From contig JBDTLT010000002.1 in NCBI GenBank assembly GCA_039934635.1, positions 4,963-68,962 of the forward strand: a DNA stretch of 64,000 bases. Reading direction: 5' to 3'. A program made the position numbers and the translations under genes. Below, piece after piece: positions 52,312-62,423 of this stretch. A model generated the notes under the pieces. It did no database searches and was not told the origin of the DNA. It saw only the letters and a program-made list of their open reading frames with translations. The first letter of the stretch is position 1. Each line of letters begins with the position of its first letter. This stretch comes from Acidimicrobiales bacterium. GTDB lineage: Bacteria > Actinomycetota > Acidimicrobiia > Acidimicrobiales > WLNW01.

Positions 52312-53352
52312 ATGGAATTTCGCACGCTGGGGCGCTCGGGCGTGCAGGTCGGTGCCCTGGGGCTCGGCACGATGATGTTCGGGCGGGGCGGCAACCGCGA
52401 CGCCGACGAGTGCGTGCGCATGGTGCACCGGTCGATCGACGCCGGTGTCAATCTGTTCGACACCGCCGACGGCTATGGGCTCGGCGACAGCGAAGCGATA
52501 CTGGGCCGAGCGGTCGCCGATCGGCGGGACCAGGCCATCGTGGCGACGAAGTGCTTCTTCCCTCACGGGCGGGACCCCAACCGCCGCGGGGGCTCGCGGC
52601 GTTGGATCGTGCAGGCGTGCGACGAATCGCTGCGCCGGTTCGGCCTCGATCACATCGATCTCTATCAACTGCACCGTCTCGATCCGGCCACCGATCGAGA
52701 AGAGTCACTCGGCGCGCTCACCGACCTCGTGCGCGCCGGCAAGGTGCGCATGGTGGGTACGTCAGCGGCGAGCGCTCCCGAGATCGTCGAGTTGATGTGG
52801 GCGGCCGAGCGCGCCGGCACGGTGCGCCCGGTGAGCGAACAGCCGATGTACTCGATCTTCACGCGCAGGATCGAGCGCGCCGTGTTGCCGGCGTGCCAGC
52901 GCTACGGCGTCGGGACCATCGTCTATGGCCCGCTCAACGGTGGCTGGCTGACCGGCAAGTACACGCGCGATGCACCACCAGACGCGGGGACGCGTGCGGC
53001 CCGCGAATTCGTCACGAAGCAGTGGTGGGACTACGAGCGCGCCGAGATCCAACGCAAGTTCGATCTCGTCGACGAGTTGCACTCGCTGGCACAGCAAGCG
53101 GGCATCACGTTGCCGCACCTTGCGCTGGCGTTCACACTCGCGCACCCTGGCGTGTCAGCCGCGATCATCGGGCCTCGCACCACCGCGCAACTCGATGACC
53201 TACTCGCCGGTGCCGAGGTGCGACTCGACGCGGACGTCCTCGATCGCATCGACGCGCTCGTCGCGCCCGGGACCGATGTCGATCCCGCCAACGAAGTGTC
53301 CGTCGACGGCGCGCTGGCCGCTAGCCAACGGCGGCGGCCGCCGACTCGATGA
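52312..53352 (+). CDS. Aldo/keto reductase
   Basis: ATG at 52312 (MEFRTLGRSGVQVGALGLGTMMFG). DTADGYG and IDLYQLHR motifs. Confidence 0.9.
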   Translation: MEFRTLGRSGVQVGALGLGTMMFGRGGNRDADECVRMVHRSIDAGVNLFDTADGYGLGDSEAILGRAVADRRDQAIVATKCFFPHGRDPNRRGGSRRWIVQACDESLRRFGLDHIDLYQLHRLDPATDREESLGALTDLVRAGKVRMVGTSAASAPEIVELMWAAERAGTVRPVSEQPMYSIFTRRIERAVLPACQRYGVGTIVYGPLNGGWLTGKYTRDAPPDAGTRAAREFVTKQWWDYERAEIQRKFDLVDELHSLAQQAGITLPHLALAFTLAHPGVSAAIIGPRTTAQLDDLLAGAEVRLDADVLDRIDALVAPGTDVDPANEVSVDGALAASQRRRPPTR

Positions 53353-54745
53353 CGGTGCCGCGGAAGAACTCGGGATCGACACCGTAGAGCTTGACCTGGT
53401 TGGTGAATACGAAGTCGCGGAACTGTTCTTCGTCGAGCAGGCCGTGTTCGACGAGCTCCCACGCTTCTTCGAGCGGTTCGGCGAAATCAGGTACATCCCA
53501 GTGCCCGATGTCGCTGCCCATGATCGCCGGCACACGCGCTCCAAGTGGATTGACGCGAGGATCGAACGCGAGCGCCACGAGTGGATCGTCCGCCTCGCAA
53601 CCCCAATAGAAGTTGGTGCAGAACTGGTCGCGGATGTCTTCGACGCTGCGCACACCGCTCCGCGCGTAGTCATCGCGTTCCGCGTCGCGTCCGGTGCCCA
53701 ACGATGACGCCAGTTCGTCGGGGCCGAAGCGGGCGAGGTCGCTGCCATACGTGGCGATCAACTCCGCGTAGCGCGCCCGGTCGATGTTGTCGGGATTGAG
53801 CCGCGCCATGTTCGGCCCGCCGCGTTTCTTCCACCGCGCGACGAGATCACCGTAGAGCCGGACGCCCACTGCGACGCCGCCTTCGAGCAGCGCGATCCGC
53901 AGATCGGGGAAGCGCTTGGTGACGCCACCGAAGAACAACGACCGCGCCAAGAGATCGCCTGATGCGGCGAAGTGGCCGCAGTGGTTGAACATGTAGTTGC
54001 TGCTCGATGCCCGATCGGAGAAACCCATCGACGGGGAGTGACAGGCGAGCGGCACCTTGAGTTCGACGGCTCGCTTCCAGAACGGGTCGTAGTCATGCGG
54101 GCTGTCGATGCCGTACGCGTCGATGAAACGGATGCGATGGCGTATCTCGGGGGAGGCATCGGCGAATTGTGGAACCGGTCGCGCTACGAAACTTGCGATA
54201 CAGCCCACCTTCAATCCGAGCTTGCGGATGTGTTCGAGTTCGGCGATCGCCTCGTCCGGCGTGTGCATGGGGATGAGCCCGGCCACGGTCATGCGGTCCG
54301 AATACGGGCGGTACTGCTCGGCGATCCATTCGTTGAACCAATGGCACAACCCGCGCCGCGCGGTCTCGTCATCGTTGTGCATCAAGCCGAACGAGACGGT
54401 GGGATAGAGCACGGAGAAGTCGATGCCCGCCTCGTCGAGGCGTTCGTAGTACATCTTCGGGATGGTGACGGTGGCGAAGTAGTCGGTGTCGCCGGGCGGA
54501 ACCCAGAACGGTGGAGCCGGGTTGCGGGTGAAGTGACGCTCTTCGGTCGTCTGCTGTCCCCATGGCTTGCCGAAGGCCGACATCGGCGCGCCGGCAAACG
54601 GGTTGTAGGCCTCGAGGAGTTCGCCCGCGCCGTGATCGCGTACGTAGGCATGGAACGGCTGACGGAGATCTACGTAGTGCCCGTCACCGTCGATCACCGG
54701 ATGTTGCAGCTTCGCTCGCAGTCGCGCTGAGCCCGTCGTCACCAT
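53321..54745 (-). CDS. Amidohydrolase-2 family metal-dependent hydrolase/decarboxylase-like protein
   Basis: ATG at 54745 in ORF 53321..54859. VIDGDGHYV N-terminal metal motif and ..MGSDIGHWD.. near the C-terminus. 474 aa. Confidence 0.78.
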   Translation of the reverse strand: MVTTGSARLRAKLQHPVIDGDGHYVDLRQPFHAYVRDHGAGELLEAYNPFAGAPMSAFGKPWGQQTTEERHFTRNPAPPFWVPPGDTDYFATVTIPKMYYERLDEAGIDFSVLYPTVSFGLMHNDDETARRGLCHWFNEWIAEQYRPYSDRMTVAGLIPMHTPDEAIAELEHIRKLGLKVGCIASFVARPVPQFADASPEIRHRIRFIDAYGIDSPHDYDPFWKRAVELKVPLACHSPSMGFSDRASSSNYMFNHCGHFAASGDLLARSLFFGGVTKRFPDLRIALLEGGVAVGVRLYGDLVARWKKRGGPNMARLNPDNIDRARYAELIATYGSDLARFGPDELASSLGTGRDAERDDYARSGVRSVEDIRDQFCTNFYWGCEADDPLVALAFDPRVNPLGARVPAIMGSDIGHWDVPDFAEPLEEAWELVEHGLLDEEQFRDFVFTNQVKLYGVDPEFFRGTVIESAAAAVG

Positions 54746-54806
54746 GGCGCCTCCAACCCTCGTGGCGCAAACATTCTCGCGCGGACAGGCGGCACCGGTA
54801 GCGTGA

Positions 54807-56138
<1,332 letters not shown>

Positions 56139-56267
56139 CGCGCTCGATGCGCTGTTTCCAGCCAAATTAACGGCAGCCTCGGCAGTCAACAAAAGCACAA
56201 TTTTCGGTAAAGGTCACCCACCGCGCGGACCGAAATACCTGGGATCCAGTGAGCCGGGAGACCCAGC

Positions 56268-57584
56268 ATGCCCGCGACTGACATCGTTTCCAGTTCCGAT
56301 GCCGCGCACCTTTTGCGTCGAGTGGGCTTTGGCCCGACCGCCGCGGAGATCCAATCATTGACGGGCCTGACCCGGCAGGCGGCCGTCGCGTCGGTGATGA
56401 ACTTCGCCGGTGCCCCGGCCGTGGTGAGACCGGCCGTCGACGACCGCGCCAACGAGTGGGATTGCTACGTCGACGCGCAGGAGTGGTGGGTCGAGCGCAT
56501 GCGCACGACCACCACACCACTGCAAGAGAAGATGACGCTGTTCTGGCACAACCACTTCTGTTCGAGCCAGGACAAGCTCTTCGACATGGGCGCGATGTTC
56601 GACCAGAACCAGAAGTTCCGCACGCTCGGCATGGGCAGCTTCGAGACGCTGTGCCAGGCCATCGCCATCGATCCGGCGATGCTCGTCTACCTCGACAACG
56701 CGACGAATCGTGTTGGCGCGGAGCAGGAGAACTTCGCCCGTGAGCTCATGGAGCTCTTCACGTTGGGTGTCGGCCACTACACCGAGCAGGACGTCATCGC
56801 GATGGCGAAGGCGTGGACCGGGCACAACATCGTGGGGTGGAACGGGTCGTTCACCGACCCCACCTACGTCTACTACCCGGCGCGCCACGACAACACGAAC
56901 AAGACACTGTTCGGCATCACGCAGAACTGGAACGGACCCGCGACGATCACCGAGATCTGCACCGGTTCGAAGAAGACCGAGTGCACGCAATTCATCGCCC
57001 GCAAGATGTGGAAGTACTTCGCCCACACCACGCCGTCCGACACGCTGGTCAACGCTCTGGCGGGAGTGTTCGCCGGCACGATGGTCATCAGCGATCTGGT
57101 CGGCGCAATCTTGTTGCACGACGAATTCTGGGCGCCGGCGAGTCGCTGGGCGTTGGTCAAGAGCCCGGTGGAGTTCGTCGTCGACGTGCTGCGCCGTCTC
57201 GGGCGCCCCTCGACCGTGGCCGGTCTGCCATGGGCCGTCGAAGGCATGGGACAAGTGCTCTTCAACCCGCCCAACGTGGCCGGTTGGGGCCAGAACGCCT
57301 ACTGGTTGTCGACGGCGACGGCGTGGGCCCGTGGCGGCTGGCTGAGCAACCTGAAGTGGCAGCTCGACGGCTGGAACTACTGGGACGAATTTCACCTCTC
57401 GGGCGGCAGCGCGCTCCCGGTGGCGACCGCCGTGCAGAAGATCTTCGACGACCTCGGCATCTTCGAACCGTCGCCCGCAACTCGCACCCAACTGACGTCA
57501 TGGTGGAACGCCGAACCGACCTGGGCGAGACAACCCAACGCGTTGATCGTCGGCGCGATGTGTCCCGAATTCAACGTTGTGTGA
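56268..57584 (+). CDS. DUF1800 domain-containing protein
   Basis: 438 aa. HLLRRVGFGPT N-terminus and TLFWHNHFCSS motif, both typical of DUF1800. No signal peptide seen. Confidence 0.8.
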   Translation: MPATDIVSSSDAAHLLRRVGFGPTAAEIQSLTGLTRQAAVASVMNFAGAPAVVRPAVDDRANEWDCYVDAQEWWVERMRTTTTPLQEKMTLFWHNHFCSSQDKLFDMGAMFDQNQKFRTLGMGSFETLCQAIAIDPAMLVYLDNATNRVGAEQENFARELMELFTLGVGHYTEQDVIAMAKAWTGHNIVGWNGSFTDPTYVYYPARHDNTNKTLFGITQNWNGPATITEICTGSKKTECTQFIARKMWKYFAHTTPSDTLVNALAGVFAGTMVISDLVGAILLHDEFWAPASRWALVKSPVEFVVDVLRRLGRPSTVAGLPWAVEGMGQVLFNPPNVAGWGQNAYWLSTATAWARGGWLSNLKWQLDGWNYWDEFHLSGGSALPVATAVQKIFDDLGIFEPSPATRTQLTSWWNAEPTWARQPNALIVGAMCPEFNVV

Positions 57585-59993
57585 GTGGAGCGAGCGATGA
57601 CGATGCGACGTATGCACAACGACGACAAGAAGCGCCGTGAATTCAGCCGGCGCCGGTTCTTGCAGGCGGCACTGGTCACTGGATCAGCGGCCGCAGTCGA
57701 TCCGAAGTTCTTCTTCGGTGCCGACCCCGCCTTTGCCGGCCCGCCGTTGGGACCCTCCGATCACATCTTGGTGTTGATCGAGTTCGACGGCGGCAACGAC
57801 GGGCTCAACACGCTGATCCCGTACACGAACGGGTCGTACTACAGCTTGCGCGGCGGGCTCGCGATCCCGGCCAACACCGTGTTGCCCGTGGGTGACGGTC
57901 TCGGCTTCCATCCGAGCTTGCCGTACCTCAAGTCGCGTTGGGATGGTGGCGACGTCGCCATCATCCGGGGCATCGGACACGCCGATCTCGACCACAGTCA
58001 CTTCTCTTGTATGGCCAAACTGCAATCAGGCACCGCCGGCAACGCGCCCACCTTGACCGGGTGGGTCGGGCGCTATCTCGACAACGCGGGGCTCGACGGT
58101 CTTGGCGCGATCTCGGTTGCCGACGGCGGCGTGCCCTTGCTGCTGCGCGGCAACTCGGCCGAAGTGACAGGTCTCCCGTCATGGTCGGGTGGGCTATTCG
58201 GTGCCGATCGCACGCAGACGGCGGATCGTGTCACCTACGAGTCGTTGAGTGCGATCAACACCACCGACGGCGGCAAGGGCTATTGGGGTGGCCAGGTCGG
58301 TCAGACGATCCACAGCGCGCTTGCGACCGCACAACTCGTCAACCCGATCTATGCGCCGGCGATCGACGACGACCATCGCCTCGAACGTGATCTCATCCTG
58401 TGCGCTCGCATCATCAACCTCGACCTCGGCGCGCGCGTGCTGCACGTGCGGCTCGGGGGCTTCGACAATCACGACGATCAGCCCAATGACCACGCCACGC
58501 TGCTGAGCGAGTTCAACCGAGCGCTCGACGCATTCTTCGTGAACCTCGCACCGCAGTATCAATCGCGGGTCACGCTCGCGACGTTCTCCGAATTCGGTCG
58601 GCGCGTTCGCCCGAACGACTCGCTCGGCACCGACCATGGCACCGCGTCGACGGCATTCGTCATCGGTAGCCGTGTGAAGGGCGGCTTCTACGGCGAGCAG
58701 CCGTCGCTGACGAACCTCGACTCGCGCGGCGACCTGCGCCACAACATCGACTACCGGTCGATGTTCGCGACGCTGCTGTCGGGTTGGCTGCGCGCCGATG
58801 ACGCGCAGGTGCTGGGGCAGTCGTTCGCGAAGCTCGACATGTTCGAGACCGGCACGTCGTGCGCCGCGGGTTTGATCGACAACATCCCGCTCGCGAATTC
58901 GTACAACGCCATTCGTCCCGTTCGCATCCTCGACACGCGGACCGGCAACGGTGCGACCAAGGCAATGATCGGGCCGGGCGGTGTCATCGATCTGGTGGTG
59001 GCGGGCCGCGGCACGGTGCCGCCGAGTGGCACCGGTGCGGTCGTCATGAACATGACCGTCGCCGACCCGACCGCGGCGGGCTATCTCACCGTATGGCCGA
59101 CCGGGGATGCGCGACCCGAGGCGTCGAACCTCAACTTCGTGCCGGGTCAGGCCGTGCCGAACTTGGTGCTCGCCAAGCTCGGGCAGGGCGGCAAGGTCAG
59201 CATCTACAACTTCACTGGCTCGACCAACGTCATCGCGGATGTGATGGGGTGGTTCCCGCTCACCAATAGCTACCAGCCACTCGTTCCGCGGCGGTTGCTC
59301 GATACCCGCACCGGCACCGGTGCTCCTGTTGCCCGCGTGGGCGCCAACCAGACGCTGAAGCTCTCGGTGCTCGGTCGTGGTGGGGTGCCGGCGTCAGGTG
59401 TCGACGCGGTCGTGCTCAACGTGACCGCGGCGGAGTCGTCGATGACCGGCTACCTCACGGTGTGGCCTACGGGACAACCGCTGCCGAACTCGTCGAACCT
59501 CAACTTGGCGCCCGGCCGCGTAGTGCCGAACCTCGTCATCTCGAAGCTGGGCAACGACGGCACGGTCAGCTTCTACAACTATGCGGGCGACACCCACATC
59601 ATCGCCGACGTCATGGGCTGGTTCCCCGCAGCGAGCGGATTTCACTCGCTCAGCCCGTTGCGCATCCTCGACACGCGCGTCGGCAACGGTGTGCGCGGTC
59701 CGATCGGCGCGCGTCGTTCGATCGACGCCGACGGATTGTGTCGCGGTGGTGTCCCGTCGAACGCGAAGGCGATCGTCATCAACGTCACTGCCGTCGCGCC
59801 GACGGCGGGTGGCTACATCACCGTGTGGCCCAGCGGCGAGGCGCGGCCCGATTCGTCGAACCTCAACTTCGTGCCGGGCCAGACCGTGCCGAACCTCGTC
59901 ATCACCAAGGTCGGTATCGAGGGCATGGTCAGCTTCTACAACGACGCCGGCGACACCCACGTCATCGCCGACGTCATGGGCTGGTTCGAATAG
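57585..59993 (+). CDS. Tat-signal DUF1501 (sulfatase/alkaline-phosphatase-fold) protein fused to three C-terminal repeat domains
   Basis: SRRRFLQAALVTGSAAAV twin-arginine signal. DUF1501 motifs LIEFDGGNDGLNTLIPY, GIGHADLDHSHF, FSEFGRRVRPNDSLGTDHGTAS. 802 aa, whereas I recall roughly 400-450 aa as usual for the family. The start directly abuts the DUF1800 stop (TGA GTG). Alternative ATGs at 57597, 57603 and 57612. Confidence 0.85.
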   Translation: MERAMTMRRMHNDDKKRREFSRRRFLQAALVTGSAAAVDPKFFFGADPAFAGPPLGPSDHILVLIEFDGGNDGLNTLIPYTNGSYYSLRGGLAIPANTVLPVGDGLGFHPSLPYLKSRWDGGDVAIIRGIGHADLDHSHFSCMAKLQSGTAGNAPTLTGWVGRYLDNAGLDGLGAISVADGGVPLLLRGNSAEVTGLPSWSGGLFGADRTQTADRVTYESLSAINTTDGGKGYWGGQVGQTIHSALATAQLVNPIYAPAIDDDHRLERDLILCARIINLDLGARVLHVRLGGFDNHDDQPNDHATLLSEFNRALDAFFVNLAPQYQSRVTLATFSEFGRRVRPNDSLGTDHGTASTAFVIGSRVKGGFYGEQPSLTNLDSRGDLRHNIDYRSMFATLLSGWLRADDAQVLGQSFAKLDMFETGTSCAAGLIDNIPLANSYNAIRPVRILDTRTGNGATKAMIGPGGVIDLVVAGRGTVPPSGTGAVVMNMTVADPTAAGYLTVWPTGDARPEASNLNFVPGQAVPNLVLAKLGQGGKVSIYNFTGSTNVIADVMGWFPLTNSYQPLVPRRLLDTRTGTGAPVARVGANQTLKLSVLGRGGVPASGVDAVVLNVTAAESSMTGYLTVWPTGQPLPNSSNLNLAPGRVVPNLVISKLGNDGTVSFYNYAGDTHIIADVMGWFPAASGFHSLSPLRILDTRVGNGVRGPIGARRSIDADGLCRGGVPSNAKAIVINVTAVAPTAGGYITVWPSGEARPDSSNLNFVPGQTVPNLVITKVGIEGMVSFYNDAGDTHVIADVMGWFE
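58896..59990 (+). repeat. Three in-frame tandem copies of a 369-bp (123-aa) module (third copy 357 bp)
   Basis: Units run 58896-59264, 59265-59633 and 59634-59990. Shared motifs are R(I/L)LDTRxGxG, GY(L/I)TVWP(T/S)G, SNLN(F/L)xPGxxVPNLV, and VS(I/F)YNxxGxT(N/H)(V/I)IADVMGWF. Confidence 0.92.
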
Positions 59994-60025
59994 CCTCGCG
60001 CCGACCCGTTCTTCTGGGGGAGTCG

Positions 60026-60856
60026 ATGCTCGAGACAGAACCGTTGCGCGGCAAGACCGCGGTGATCACCGGTGGGGCCGGCGGTATGGGCGCCGGTATC
60101 TCCCGGTTATTCGCGGCCGCGGGTGCGATGGTCGTGGTGAACGACGTCGACGCGGACCTGCTGGCCACGACGCAGCGCGAGATCGAACATCGTGACGGTC
60201 TGGTCGTGGCGGTCCACGGCGACATCACCGAGGCCGAGACGGTGACGCGCTTGCGCGAGACGGCGATCGAGGCCGGCCGCGGGCGCGTCGACATTTTGGT
60301 CAACAACGTGGGCGACTTCCGCCCCGGTCATGGATTGTTCGTGCGTACCGACGAGGAAGGTTGGCGGGCGCAGTACGCGATCACGCTCGAGCACGTCTTT
60401 CGCTGCATGCACGCGTTCATACCGATCATGCAGGCGCAGGGGTCCGGCGCGATCGTCAACAACGCCACGGTCGAAGCAATGCGGGGCATTCCCTACAACA
60501 GCGTCTACTCCGCCTTCAACGCGGGTGTCGTCGCGTTCACCAAGAGCATGGCGGTCGAACTCGGCCGTGACGGCATCCGGGTCAACTGCATCGCCCCCGA
60601 CATGGCCGACACCTTGCAGACGCCGGCGGAGGCCATGCTGCGCGGCCGCGATCCAGAGCTGATCAAGAGCTGGATCCCGCTCGGCCGCTTCGGTTTGGCC
60701 GAGGACTACGCCAAGGTGGTGCTGTTCTTGGCCAGCGACATGGCGAGCTATGTAACCGGCCACTGCATACCCGTCGATGGCGGCACGATCGCCGCCAGCG
60801 GCTGGTACGGCCGGTATCAGAAGAAGGGCTTCACCAACTTGCCCGACAACCCCTGA
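60026..60856 (+). CDS. SDR-family oxidoreductase with atypical YxxxN active-site motif
   Basis: ATG at 60026 in ORF 59462..60856. TGGAGGMGAG, NNVG, then YSAFN instead of YxxxK. Confidence 0.85.
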   Translation: MLETEPLRGKTAVITGGAGGMGAGISRLFAAAGAMVVVNDVDADLLATTQREIEHRDGLVVAVHGDITEAETVTRLRETAIEAGRGRVDILVNNVGDFRPGHGLFVRTDEEGWRAQYAITLEHVFRCMHAFIPIMQAQGSGAIVNNATVEAMRGIPYNSVYSAFNAGVVAFTKSMAVELGRDGIRVNCIAPDMADTLQTPAEAMLRGRDPELIKSWIPLGRFGLAEDYAKVVLFLASDMASYVTGHCIPVDGGTIAASGWYGRYQKKGFTNLPDNP

Positions 60857-60878
60857 CCGGCTCTCAGGGCTCGAGGTC

Positions 60879-61979
60879 TCAGGGCTTCAGCGTCGCCAGC
60901 CCGCGGCGGTACGAGTACCAACGGCCCGTGTCGAAGTCGAACAGCTTGCACGCACGCGTCGTGCGGATGTAATCGCTGAGGCGCATCTTGCGTTCGGCGA
61001 CGATCCCGGGGAACGCATCTTTGATGGCTTCGGCAGCCCGCGTCAGGTGATAGCAGGGGATGCGCACATCGACGTGATGCGGCACGTGGATGAAGATCCA
61101 GTGGAAGAAGAAGTTGAAACCCTTCGGCACGCGCAGGATCGTCGTACCGGTGAGCTGCGCCTTGACTGGAGTCCAACCCTTGCGCAGCCATGCGATGCGG
61201 GGATCGATGTGATGGACGTAGACGGTCCAACCGATGATCCATCCGAACAACAAGAAGGGGACGACCAGCAGCTTCATCACGAGCCAGACGGCGTTGAAGA
61301 TGTCGCCCGAGAAGAGGCCACCCAACACCAATACGCCGAATGTCGTGATGGTGGCGACGGTGGTGACGAGTAGCCGATCACGCTTGATGCCGCGAACCCA
61401 CTTGGCCGGTGGCGTGAACATCATCATGCGCTTGAGCCAGATGTTGCGCAGGTAGTACGCGCCGGCGCCGAACATCGACCACTCGAGTCGGTGGACGAGT
61501 CGTTTCGTCGTGCTCATCTCGGCGTAGTCCGCCGGGGTGACCGGGTGCCAGACGAAGTCCATGCCCTGCTTGGTCGTGTGCCGGTGATGGATGTGGTTGT
61601 GCCCGAGCTTCCAGGCATCGAACAGGTGCAGCGAGGGCAGCATCAACATGCGGCCGATGACGCCGTTGAGGCGACGGTTGGCAAAGAGCGCGCCGTGCGC
61701 GGCGTCGTGGCCGAGCACGAACAAGCCGGCGATCGAGAACCCGGTGAGGAGCCACAGCAGCCCGACGAGCCACCACGCGTGCGCGAAGTACAGCGCCACG
61801 ATCGCCGCGAGATAGATGGCGAGGTCGCGCGCCACGAGGCCGAGGCCGCGACTGGTCGGCTGCGTGTAGCAGGACTCGGGTATGGCGTCGATGACCTCGA
61901 TCAGTGACCCGGGCATATGTGGCCCGTCGTCGTCGCGGCGCACTGGCTCTCGCGTGCGAACTACACCATCGATGGTCAC
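60879..61979 (-). CDS. Membrane fatty-acid desaturase
   Basis: 366 aa. His boxes HDAAH, HNHIHHRH and HVPHHV. GTG start after AAGGAG (alternative ATG at 61916). Confidence 0.88.
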   Translation of the reverse strand: MTIDGVVRTREPVRRDDDGPHMPGSLIEVIDAIPESCYTQPTSRGLGLVARDLAIYLAAIVALYFAHAWWLVGLLWLLTGFSIAGLFVLGHDAAHGALFANRRLNGVIGRMLMLPSLHLFDAWKLGHNHIHHRHTTKQGMDFVWHPVTPADYAEMSTTKRLVHRLEWSMFGAGAYYLRNIWLKRMMMFTPPAKWVRGIKRDRLLVTTVATITTFGVLVLGGLFSGDIFNAVWLVMKLLVVPFLLFGWIIGWTVYVHHIDPRIAWLRKGWTPVKAQLTGTTILRVPKGFNFFFHWIFIHVPHHVDVRIPCYHLTRAAEAIKDAFPGIVAERKMRLSDYIRTTRACKLFDFDTGRWYSYRRGLATLKP

Positions 61980-62072
61980 GGGGCTCCTTGGAATGCGGCG
62001 ACAGGGTGCTGTGCCGCGTTCATTCGTGGGGTCTCGGAATCTGGCGTCGTTCGGAGACGAGCCGACAAGAGT

Positions 62073-62273
62073 TCAGACAGGGCGGACGTTGACAGCCTCT
62101 TGACCTTTGCGGCCTTCGCCGATTTCGAACTCGACGGCTTGGCCCTCGGTGAGGGATCGGAAGCCGCTCCCGGTGATGTTGGAAAAGTGGACGAACACAT
62201 CGCCACCGTCAGGTTGGGAGATGAAGCCGTAGCCCTTCTCGTTGTTGAAGAACTTGACGGTACCTGTGGGCAT
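62073..62273 (-). CDS. cspA: Cold-shock protein (CspA family)
   Basis: 66 aa. [18 protein letters not shown] (RNP1) and VFVHF (RNP2). Confidence 0.97.
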   Translation of the reverse strand: MPTGTVKFFNNEKGYGFISQPDGGDVFVHFSNITGSGFRSLTEGQAVEFEIGEGRKGQEAVNVRPV

Positions 62274-62396
62274 TGCAACTTTCCTTTACTGTCCTGGCGT
62301 CGGAAGTGGCCCTGTTCACACCCATTCACGTGGGGAACTGGGTGCGACTCCGGTCTGCTGCGCGAACGCGCGGTCAGGTTACCGCGATGGCTGGGG

Positions 62397-62423
62397 CGAA
62401 GCGGTGCCGCTTCGAACCTTTTT
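62397..62423. terminator. GC hairpin plus T5 run in the AAA-csp intergenic region
   Basis: Read directly: cgaagcg-gtgc-cgcttcg (62397-62414), then aaccttttt. The U-run is on the + strand only. On the minus strand the hairpin lies 90 nt after the AAA ATPase stop. Confidence 0.35.

Noticed and set aside
59981-59997. tRNA T-arm-like ggttcgaa and a 13-mer (ttcgaatagcctc) shared with 48135..48147
   Set aside because: The first site is the last codons and stop of the DUF1501 gene (..W F E *). No cloverleaf can be drawn at either site. A single shared 13-mer is expected by chance in 64 kb.
60862-60886. Direct repeat tctcagggct x2 (15-nt period) between the SDR and desaturase genes
   Set aside because: It is very short, overlaps the desaturase stop codon, has no hairpin potential and occurs only twice. 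It is probably chance.
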